A DNA stretch of 64,000 bases from Nitrospirota bacterium (GTDB taxonomy: Bacteria; Nitrospirota; UBA9217). A model generated the notes under the pieces. That model was not told the DNA's origin and searched no databases. It saw only the letters and a list, made by a program, of their open reading frames with translations. Below, piece by piece: positions 49,037-58,400 of this stretch (its first letter is position 1; every line of letters begins with the position of its first letter). The stretch spans positions 576,001-640,000 of the forward strand of contig CAWIYV010000011.1 of assembly GCA_963840455.1 (NCBI GenBank). Reading direction: 5' to 3'. Made by a program: the position numbers and the translations under genes.

Positions 49037-49729
49037 CTAATGTCCGGCCCTCATACGAAGTTCGGCTATCCAGGTATTGACCTGTGGGTCAGAGGGCATT
49101 CCCTCGCTGTAGACCTCAAACTGTTTGAGCGCACATACCGGATCGTTGAGATAAAGATCACAAAGTATCCCGAGATTCTTATGGACAGGCAGATACTCCG
49201 GGAAGCGTGCGATCTCCTTCTCATAAACCTCTCGCGCCTCCTTGAATCGTCCAGCCTTCCTGAGAAGCAACCCATATTCATTGCTGGCTACCGGGTGAGC
49301 GTCAAATAATCCCAAAGCGGTTTTTAGGTTCTGCTCGGCCTGCTCAGGTTTGTTCATCCGCATATAGGCAACCGCAATGTTAATATATGGCGCAGTGACG
49401 CCCGGTTGCCGCTCGATAACTTTTGTCAGAAGTTCTATGGCCTTGTCATTTTTCCCGTCCTTCATCAGTGAAACGGCGCGCTCGAATTCCCCCTTGGATT
49501 CGCTGTCCATTTTAGGGTTTTCCCTGATGACGAACCCCTGCTGGCCATTCTCAAGCTGTGCCACGGATGGCCCCTGGTCTATAACGGCTGCGTTAGGGGT
49601 CGGAGTCTCTGATATCTTTGCCTTGGCCGCGCATCCTGTAAATACAAAGACTAGGGTCATCATGGATAACCAAACGGCCATCCTTTTAGGTCCTGACAGC
49701 AATATCAATTCTCTATTATTGCCCTGCAT
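49037..49729 (-). CDS. TPR lipoprotein (GltE-like)
   Basis: Lipobox FTGC, TPR repeats, NLGILCDLYL. Confidence 0.8.
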   Translation of the reverse strand: MQGNNRELILLSGPKRMAVWLSMMTLVFVFTGCAAKAKISETPTPNAAVIDQGPSVAQLENGQQGFVIRENPKMDSESKGEFERAVSLMKDGKNDKAIELLTKVIERQPGVTAPYINIAVAYMRMNKPEQAEQNLKTALGLFDAHPVASNEYGLLLRKAGRFKEAREVYEKEIARFPEYLPVHKNLGILCDLYLNDPVCALKQFEVYSEGMPSDPQVNTWIAELRMRAGH

Positions 49730-49759
49730 GGCACAGATCCTTTCCTGGTCACAGGACCA

Positions 49760-52700
49760 TTATTCTGACGCTGTCTCAGATGGGGAACTCTTGACGCCGA
49801 TCTCGCCCGATGTCTTAACCAGATTATGAGGCTTCACATTCTGTCCCGGGTCCGCCTTCTTTCCCTCTTGCTGAACATCAGCCGGATCCATATCAGGTTC
49901 CTGTTTCACAGCCTTCACCGGTTCCTTTGGCACTTCTACTTTTTCGTCCTTCATTGGACTATCAGCCTTCTGCACGGCTGGTTCATGACGCTCTATGGCG
50001 TACAGGTAATGGTCCGCTGAACCTATGACGGGGCTATCCTCTTCCGGTTTATTGTATCGGGCGGGAAGAAGCGCTGCCAGTTTATGCAGGCTCTTATCGA
50101 CCCACTCGTTATATACCCCGCGGGAGACGAGCTCGAGATTGCTCTTATGCATGGAAATGGCCTTCTCCTCGAAGGGATATGCCTGTTCCTCAAGGGCAAG
50201 TTCGTACTCTTCAAGCTCGAGTGCGGTCAAGTCTTTAGGACGTTCCGACTCCTTCAGGCCCAGGCTAAAGTCGGAATAGATCTCGGCAAGATAGAAGGTC
50301 GCAGCGGCAGTGACCTCGCCGACCTCATAATCGAGGAGTTTGCTGAACTGCTGGGTCACAACCTTCATCAAGCTCTTTTTCTTGTCAAGGTTCGCCTTGA
50401 ATGGCTCAACCAGCTTGATCCCGGTAAACTGGCCGAAGGTCTCCTCGGCCAGGACCAGGGCGCCTTTCCCTGCAAGATAGCGGGTACGAGGAGTCCGTTC
50501 CGCCCCCGCTCCGGCATCGATGACGATGATCTGTTTTATCTCGGCTAAATAGTTCTCCCGGTCGTTCTTCTTTAAGGATTCTGCTATCTTGTTTCGGGTT
50601 TCGAGGTTTGCTTCCACCGGATGCGGGAAATGTTCAACATAGCGCCGATAGACAAGAAGTGATTTGGCCTGGTCTCCCGCCTTCTCATGAAGTTCTGCCG
50701 CGGTCAAAAGCGCTTCCCGCCTCACCTCGTCATCTTGCGACTCCGTTTCCATGCGTTCATATTCTCCGGCTGCAAGCGTAAATTTACCGTCCTCGCGGTA
50801 AACATAGGCGATCTTCTTGGTCACCTCAGGCAGGAGCGCATGTCCGGGGAACAGGGTCCGGAATCCGGCGAGTGCCGCGGCCGCTGCCTGCCAGTCCTTA
50901 AGCTGGATAAGTGCTGCTGACGCATCATACTCCGCATTGACCCTGATCTTGGACACAGGGGCAAGGCGTCCCACCCGCAGGAAATGCTCGGAAGCTGCCT
51001 TGTAGTCTGCCTTTGCATTCGCGTCTTCGCCCTGCTTGTAGATCGCCGCAGCAAGGTTGTCGGTCAAGGCTTCACGGCCTTTGTCTCCATCAGGGAAGAG
51101 CGTGAGTGCCTTTGCGTAGGCGGTTTCCGCTTCATTGTACCGATGGAGCTCGTAGGTCCCGTGGCCTGCCACGATCCACGCTCCGCGAACGACATCAGTA
51201 CCGGCACCGGGGAATCTATCTATGAGCTTCCGCGCGGCGGCCACTGACTGCTCGTAATCCTTCATATTGTAAAGGTCATCTGCGGCTGCCCCAAGAACGA
51301 TTGCCGTCTTTTCATGCTCCGGATAGGTGTCGGCAAACTTGAGAGAGCTCGCTACGACCACTCGCTTTACGCTATCCTTCTCCTCGGGAGGAACACTGTC
51401 CATATGTTTACGATAGGCGTAAACTGCGGCGTAACCGGCTTCTTTGGACTTTTCATGGCGCGGGTATTCATAGGCTGTCCTTGCGTATTCAATAGCCGCA
51501 AGGTCAAAGTTTTGATTTTCCAGGTACAGGTCGGCGAGCAGGTAATTCATGCCCGGAGACTCGGTATCCTTCGGGAAGGACGTGAGGAATTCCTGGTACC
51601 AGTTACGCGCTTCCTCGAAGTTTGCCTTTTTCTCCTTTACCTCTTTCGGGTCCTGGTAAAGCGAGTGATAATGCTTGGACAGGTCGGTAATATTCGTTTT
51701 GAGCCATGCCAGGACCTCTGGACGGGCACTTGGCTCGAAATGCTTCCAGTATTCGGACTTAAGCCCGTAATTATGAGCAAACTGCTTTTTCGCGTCAATG
51801 ACCAGGCTGGGAAACGCCCCGGCAGTATCTATCTCGATCACGCGCATGGCGAATTGCGGCGCTACCTTGTGGACCGGGTTGCTGTTAACGAAAGCATTGT
51901 AGACCGTCGCAGCATCGGCGTAACGCTGTTTATCGAAGTAGAATTCTCCAAGGTTGCTGTAGATCCCATCCTCGTAACTGCGCTTGCCGTGGCTTTCAAA
52001 GTACGCGGCCGGTGACGTGTCTCCATGCAGGCTGGAAAAACACAGGCTGATGGCGCGGAAGGTGTCATCGATGCGCTTTTTCTCCTGCTCATCCTTGGTC
52101 TGGTAAAAATCGTAGCCCACCGACACCTTGTGATCGAGAAGCGTAATGTACCTGTCCAGGGCTTCATCGTAAAGTTCCTGCTTATAGAATGTCCAGCCGA
52201 GCTTGTAGAGGGCCAGCTGGTAAAAGGGTGACTGCACGCCCATCTTGACGATACTTCCGTAAGCATCTTCGGCATCAAGGTAATGCCTGCGGGTGTATAG
52301 ATATTCGGCACGCCTGAACTGCACCTCATCAATGTAGCGGGACTTGGGGTATTCCTTAACCAGACGGTCCATGACCTTCATGGCCGGGTCAACCTGACCC
52401 AGTTCCTCGTACGCGCGGGACATCTGATAGAGCACCTGGTCGTTCCTGTCATATGAGGGGTAATCCTTGATAAGCTTTTCGTAAAGCGCGATCGCCTCGC
52501 GGGCGCTTGCCCGCTCAAGATCCTCAGAATTTGCGGCACCGGTAAGGGTTGCCGAGCTCAAGACTGCACGTTTTTCAAAATCCGCATCGGACTCTGGCGG
52601 TGCCGGGGCCTCCGCCGATGTATGGCCCGGCGATTTCGCGATAGCCGGCGAGACTTTCGTGACTACGGAATGTTTCGGGGCAGACATTGCCGATGCCTTT

Positions 52701-52975
52701 CCGGCAGGTTCCGGTCCATTCGCAAGGATGCCGTATTCCTTTGCGATCTTAAGGTCTGCCAGACGGCGGATGGCTTCCGGCTTCAGGGCGGAGTCCGGCG
52801 CTTCCTCCAAAAATTGCTGATAGGCCTGCATTGCTTTATCGAGGCCGCCGGAGATCTCCTCTTCCTTGATCTCGATTTGCTGGCCCCGCAGCTTGGCGAT
52901 CGTATCCCTGCTTCCCGTTGTTTGACAGGCGGCCAGCATTAAAGATACGGCTAATATGAGTCTGACGACGTTCAT
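49760..52975 (-). CDS. Large TPR lipoprotein (GltD-like)
   Basis: Lipobox LAAC, many TPRs, C-terminal LEEQAYPFEEKAI. Confidence 0.8.
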   Translation of the reverse strand: MNVVRLILAVSLMLAACQTTGSRDTIAKLRGQQIEIKEEEISGGLDKAMQAYQQFLEEAPDSALKPEAIRRLADLKIAKEYGILANGPEPAGKASAMSAPKHSVVTKVSPAIAKSPGHTSAEAPAPPESDADFEKRAVLSSATLTGAANSEDLERASAREAIALYEKLIKDYPSYDRNDQVLYQMSRAYEELGQVDPAMKVMDRLVKEYPKSRYIDEVQFRRAEYLYTRRHYLDAEDAYGSIVKMGVQSPFYQLALYKLGWTFYKQELYDEALDRYITLLDHKVSVGYDFYQTKDEQEKKRIDDTFRAISLCFSSLHGDTSPAAYFESHGKRSYEDGIYSNLGEFYFDKQRYADAATVYNAFVNSNPVHKVAPQFAMRVIEIDTAGAFPSLVIDAKKQFAHNYGLKSEYWKHFEPSARPEVLAWLKTNITDLSKHYHSLYQDPKEVKEKKANFEEARNWYQEFLTSFPKDTESPGMNYLLADLYLENQNFDLAAIEYARTAYEYPRHEKSKEAGYAAVYAYRKHMDSVPPEEKDSVKRVVVASSLKFADTYPEHEKTAIVLGAAADDLYNMKDYEQSVAAARKLIDRFPGAGTDVVRGAWIVAGHGTYELHRYNEAETAYAKALTLFPDGDKGREALTDNLAAAIYKQGEDANAKADYKAASEHFLRVGRLAPVSKIRVNAEYDASAALIQLKDWQAAAAALAGFRTLFPGHALLPEVTKKIAYVYREDGKFTLAAGEYERMETESQDDEVRREALLTAAELHEKAGDQAKSLLVYRRYVEHFPHPVEANLETRNKIAESLKKNDRENYLAEIKQIIVIDAGAGAERTPRTRYLAGKGALVLAEETFGQFTGIKLVEPFKANLDKKKSLMKVVTQQFSKLLDYEVGEVTAAATFYLAEIYSDFSLGLKESERPKDLTALELEEYELALEEQAYPFEEKAISMHKSNLELVSRGVYNEWVDKSLHKLAALLPARYNKPEEDSPVIGSADHYLYAIERHEPAVQKADSPMKDEKVEVPKEPVKAVKQEPDMDPADVQQEGKKADPGQNVKPHNLVKTSGEIGVKSSPSETASE

Positions 52976-54861
52976 TTGCTCACCTGTTCATGGGTCGCTG
53001 CCCTTGTGGCACGTTCATAGCTGTCCGCCATGGAGAAGCGCGCCTTGGTCTGGTACTCGGTAAGCCTTGTACGACGGCTTCCGAGCTCATTTACAGCCAT
53101 GGTCTCAAGCATTTCTCCCTGACGCAGCATAAGTTCCCCTACTTTTTCGCGGGAGGCCGTGATGCGGCTCCGCATGGTGCGTATCCTCTCGTCGTAGCCT
53201 TCATAGCTTTGCGTGGCGGCCTGCCGGGTACGGACAAAGGATGCGTACTCCTTCTTTAACCGGTCAATTTCATTGTTCAGGTCAAGGAGATGCTTATGGG
53301 CTTCCGTGAACCTGCGGTCATATTCCGTATAGATATTGAAGCGCAGTAACCCCCGTAAGCGGTTGATGCGGGCAGCGATATCTTTAGGCACGGCCTTGCC
53401 GCCTGCTTTGAGCTTTCGTTCCATAAGCGCTATCTTTTCACCTATGATGCGTTCATCCACGGTCTGCAGATACTCGGGATGCGGAGCTGTCAGCATGGCT
53501 TTGAGCCGACGCTCGATCCGGTCGCGCTGCTCCAGACGCAGGCGCATTTTTGAGTCGAGCCGCCGGAATTCCTTGTCGATCTCGGGTAAAAGTGGCTGGT
53601 AATATGCTTTACGCTTCCCGATGATATCGTTGAAGGCGACCAGGTCATCCGACCAGACATCCAATTTTTTACGAAGCTCTTCAAGGTCGAGATAATTCTT
53701 CAGTGATTCCTGAAAATCATGGGATGCCATGAGGTCAAGCAGGTAGAAGGTCTCCGGCGTTTCCGGCAGTTCGCGGAGCCTCACGACCCAGTTAGGATCC
53801 TGCTTGATCTCTTCCCGTACTAATGCCGCTAGGAACTTGCCTTCGCGGATGCTCGTTATGGAAGCTCCGAGCTTGTCGATCTCCCTGCCGAACGATTCCA
53901 ATGCTTTTCCATATAAAACCGCCGCCTTGCTGTAGACGCCGAGCTTGCCGTACGCATACGGGACGGCAAGCATGGCTTCCTCAACCGCAGGGTCCGAAAC
54001 CCTGCCCTCGGAAAGTATTGTCCAGGGGACCAAGGCGTCCATGAACCGTTCGAGGGAGGCATCGGCCCATCCGGAACTGAGGAGCGCCCGGTTGGAGAAG
54101 GGACCGGTGAGCCGTACCCTGTCCAGGACATACTTGGCAGCAGTGAATTTTTTTTCTGAAAGGAACTTTTCACCTAAGACAAGGTTGGATTTGTCCTTGA
54201 TCGCCAGCGTGACATTGTCGTCGTTCTTGATCTGGCCGGCACCGCCGAGCGAGCTTCGGCCCTCGATCTCCTTCCCGTCCCTGATAAGGGCGATTCCGAG
54301 ATTGTAGGTGCTGAAGCCTAAAAAGCCCGGAGCGTCCTGGATGTCCGTAAAGATGCGGGCTGACTCGGCAAAACGGCCGTTGGCCATGAGGATCTCTGCC
54401 TTGAGGAAAGCCAGATCATTCCGCATCTTCTCGGGAACGGCGCCCTTGATGCGGTCAACAGCCTCCTGAGCCTCCTTGGGCTGTCCTTTTTGGAAATAGA
54501 TGCGCGCGAGGCGGAAGATAGCCTCGTTACGGACAGGCTCGGGGACGTTCCCTTCGATGACCGACTTGATGGCGCGTCCGGCGCGCTGATGCATCCGGTA
54601 GTAAAGCTCGAAATCGCCCACATCGAACTTCGCCTCATTGATATGGTAATGAAGCGTATCCTTTTCGGGCTCATCCACATGGTAGTGCAGTGCGATCTCC
54701 GTATCGAGTTTTGAAACCGCATCGAACCATTCCCCTTGATATGCATGATAAAGGGCCTCTCCGAAATAGAGGTCCTTCCGGTCACGGGGTGCGGCCGTTC
54801 CTGCCTGCGCCGAAGTCGCAAGAAACATATAAATTATGAATAAAATGATCAGCCTTTTCAT
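52972..54861 (-). CDS. Secreted TPR/coiled-coil protein (GltC-like)
   Basis: Signal peptide, DLYFGEALY, GPFSNRALL, ALVPW. Confidence 0.7.
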   Translation of the reverse strand: MKRLIILFIIYMFLATSAQAGTAAPRDRKDLYFGEALYHAYQGEWFDAVSKLDTEIALHYHVDEPEKDTLHYHINEAKFDVGDFELYYRMHQRAGRAIKSVIEGNVPEPVRNEAIFRLARIYFQKGQPKEAQEAVDRIKGAVPEKMRNDLAFLKAEILMANGRFAESARIFTDIQDAPGFLGFSTYNLGIALIRDGKEIEGRSSLGGAGQIKNDDNVTLAIKDKSNLVLGEKFLSEKKFTAAKYVLDRVRLTGPFSNRALLSSGWADASLERFMDALVPWTILSEGRVSDPAVEEAMLAVPYAYGKLGVYSKAAVLYGKALESFGREIDKLGASITSIREGKFLAALVREEIKQDPNWVVRLRELPETPETFYLLDLMASHDFQESLKNYLDLEELRKKLDVWSDDLVAFNDIIGKRKAYYQPLLPEIDKEFRRLDSKMRLRLEQRDRIERRLKAMLTAPHPEYLQTVDERIIGEKIALMERKLKAGGKAVPKDIAARINRLRGLLRFNIYTEYDRRFTEAHKHLLDLNNEIDRLKKEYASFVRTRQAATQSYEGYDERIRTMRSRITASREKVGELMLRQGEMLETMAVNELGSRRTRLTEYQTKARFSMADSYERATRAATHEQVSK

Positions 54862-54864
54862 AGT

Positions 54865-55380
54865 CTACCTGTCTTTAAAGGTAAGGCTTTCAGAAGCTAA
54901 AGATACTTCCACGATCTTCGGAGCCACATCTTTGCTCACCATGAAATGCTCTGATCTCTGGAAATCCGAGCCGCTGCTGGTCTTGCCCGAAACCTGGACA
55001 TGAAGGTCATGGTCGCCGGTACGGACATTGCCGGTATAGATCTTCTGTACCCCGCCCTTCCGAAGGGCTTCCAGCTCCTTCAAGGTGTACAGATGATGGG
55101 TAACCGGTTTACCGTCCATCTGAATATCAACTGAGTCGAGACGGAAGGTTTCGCCGGTCTTTAGCGATACAAATACCGAGACCTCCGTATTTGACGGATA
55201 GAGGAGCTTCTCTTCGAGCTTCGCCAGTTCAGCAGAAATGGAGAGGGCATCGCCCTTTATCTCCTGGACCTGCTCGTCAAGGCCCTTGACCTGTTCCTTG
55301 GAGATCTGCTGCCCATAAGAGGCGCTCCCCATGAGCAGCACGGTGATCCCGAAAAAAAGCGCTTTCTGCCAGTAACTCAT
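54865..55380 (-). CDS. Secreted hypothetical protein of the Glt-like cluster
   Basis: Signal peptide, coiled coil, LEEKLLYP, ALRKGGVQKIY. Confidence 0.7.
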   Translation of the reverse strand: MSYWQKALFFGITVLLMGSASYGQQISKEQVKGLDEQVQEIKGDALSISAELAKLEEKLLYPSNTEVSVFVSLKTGETFRLDSVDIQMDGKPVTHHLYTLKELEALRKGGVQKIYTGNVRTGDHDLHVQVSGKTSSGSDFQRSEHFMVSKDVAPKIVEVSLASESLTFKDR

Positions 55381-55424
55381 TTTGTCCTCCTAATGTCTCA
55401 TTAACAATAAACGGTGTTTCAGCC

Positions 55425-58400
55425 CTATATTTGCCCGATCAGGTTGATGAACAGGCCCTGGGTCTTGTAATCCAGCTGGGTCAGATCGTCCGAGAATTTA
55501 CTTAAGTTATAGCCGATCCCCATCTTGAGGAAATTGCCGAGGCGACGATATATTCCCACCAGCACCCCGCTCATCTTATCCTGTGCATCAGGCAGCTCAA
55601 GAACGCGGCCTTCTACCATGGCATCCCACTGGTGTACGAACTGCCAGTCCACGCGAAGAACAAAAAGCTCCGCCCGGCTATCGTAGAACTTCTGCGTTAC
55701 ACGGTCCTCGCTCACTTGCCCCAGACGGTAGGCGTATTTGCCGCCGATAGCCCACTGTTTCGTCAGGTCATACATCACATCCAGGGACAAGATGTGGCTC
55801 TTCTGGATGAAATCCGCCGCGGTATTGGTGACCGTGCCGGCAGATGTATTGGTGACCGTGTCGGTGACCTGTCCCACGGTCGGAAGATTATAGAAGTAGG
55901 TATACTTGAACAAAGTATTCAAGCGGTCGTTCATCACAGGCCGGTAGCCGTAGCCCAGCACCGCTTCCGTGTATTTGCCGTCATAGAAGCCGCCCAAAGA
56001 GCTCTTGCTGTCGGCGTAGTTAAGTTTCCCGAGGAGACGAGATGAAGGGTCTAGCTGGTACTTGAATGCGGTCTTAATGAGCCAGCTGTTCATGTCCGAT
56101 GTGCCCGTGGTCATGTCGGGATTTATGGTTTCCGTCCTGTCTATGCGGTACTCGAACGCGGCTGTCCAGGTAAGGCGGAGGTTGCTGTAGCCTGCCCGTA
56201 CTCCCGCCGCCTTGCGGTCAAGATGTGCCGCGGTGATGGGGTCACGGAGAGTTCCGAAATCCACATTTGCGCCGAAATTCCAGTGGTCAAAGGGCGCTAT
56301 GTCAACGCCTGCGGCATGGGTAAGCCCCGTCGGCACATTCCCGTGCGTGTACTTTTCTTCAGCGTACACGCTCGTTGTATCCGAGTAACGGGTCTTGAAC
56401 CCGGTGACCATATTGCCTTTGTTCGACCGGATGCCGTTGTCCGGGATCTCGTTGTCGTAAACATAGTTCATGTACATGCTGGTCCGGTCAGAATAGAGAT
56501 ATTCCGTGCCGGCCTTGCCCGCTCCACCGAGGTCGCCGGATGAAACTTCCCCGTTCACCTTGAATCGGTCGGTGACGCGGTACTCACCGCCCGTTCCCAA
56601 GCGGCTGTTGTCCTCGCGGTTCCCGGTCTTCTTGACCGTATCCTGAACAAAGCCGTAGGCTCTCCATCTTTCCTTGGAATCGTATGTCGCCCGAATAGCC
56701 GCATCCGTCCGGTCACCCTCTACCTGGGTCGGCGGGACGACCGGCGAATGGTCACTACGGCCGTCCTGCCGTACGCCGGGGCTTATGGTCCAATGCCCGG
56801 TGAGACGGTAATGAAGGTCGACTTCGGACGAATTGGTGGTAAGCCCCTGCTGCCTTTCTGTTTTGTCCACCTTGGCCGCCACATCGAGCCTGTCCGTCAC
56901 CGGCGCCCTCAGGGTACCGCCGTACTGCAATGTGTCCGTAGCCGTTTCAAGGCCGGGAGCCGAATAGCCGGCGCCAATGCTTTGTGTGTATAAGGTCATC
57001 TGGCCGTCAGCCCCATTGATGATGTCCCTGAAACCGATGCTGGTGTCGACCCGGTACGCGCCGGCAGAAACAGGAGTGGAAGAGCCGAAGCTCTGGCATG
57101 TCGGGTTGGCCGTGGTGCCGGTAAAGCTTGAGCAGGTTTGGCTAAAAGTAAAACCTCCATTATTGGATGTAAGGGAAGTGAGGCCAGGCCCTTTGCTTCT
57201 CCCCGTCTCCACCTTCACCCATGATAGGTCGCTTTTCCGGAGGGTCAGATCGGCGGCACTTAACCCGCTCGGGTCCTCCGAATCTCCGTCCTTGGTTGAC
57301 GTTATGCCCAGCTTTACATAGTCGTTCAGCCACACATGGGTGCGTCCGCCCAGGCTCATGCTGTTGGTGTCTCCTGCAGAGGGCTCGTATTCATAGCGGA
57401 CGACCAGGTAGACGGGGTTTCCAAGAGCAGCTTCGCTCATCACTATAAGGTTGTCGTTAGCCGTCGGCGACAGAGGCGCTGTCAGCAAAACGCGGCCCTG
57501 GAGGTAATCAACGGTGTAATCGAGGTTCTGCGTCAGGTTCTTGACCGCGAGGACCAGACCTGAATCCTTGTCGCGCACCTCGATACGCATGCGGTCGGAA
57601 CCTGTAAGGATGTTCTGATGACGCAGATAATAGAGAGACCCGCCGGTCCCCAAAAATTCGTCGCGTGTCCCGACCGTGCCGGGCTGTGCGGCAAACCCGT
57701 CCATCATGAACCGCTTCTCGCCGAAGCCCGTCACTCCCGGTGTCTGGTAATGGGCATTCGCGCCATACAATCCCCGGTCTACCTGTGCCAGGTCGTTTTC
57801 GTTGTAGCCGATCTTGAAATTGCCCCACAAGCCGTAATTATCGTCCTTCTTCATCTTTAAATAGAACTTGCCCAGGGTCGGCGCCCCATCTTCCACGGTG
57901 CTGTCGTCACCGTAGGTAGGATAGAAATACTGGGGGTTGATGTTCCGGAACAATGCGTCGGGCGTATTGTTCAAGTTCCTGAAGATGTCCTTTACCGGCC
58001 CTTCGAGCGAGTCAGCGCTTGAGATCAGCTCCCAGCCATTGCCGAACTTGCCCTTGGTATAGTAGGCCAGACGGCCGTCCGCGCTTAGTTCATTATTAAA
58101 GTGCGTACTGTCTTTGGTCACGATATCCGCCGGGCCGGTAGTTCTATCCCGCGCAATAGTGAGGTCGGCGATGCCGACGTAGAACCAGTCGTTCTTTTTG
58201 AGATCGAGATCGCGCAGGAACAGGTCGCCGTTGCCGGATCTATCGAGTATCGCCACTTCGACGGTGTGCAGGCCTGACGGCAGTATCTCTTCGGCAACGA
58301 ACTTGCCTTCATCCCCGATGGGAACGGAACGCCCGGCAACGAAAACAGAATGTCCCGCCGGGACCTCGCTACCGTAAACCTTTATCGTCCCACCCTTCTT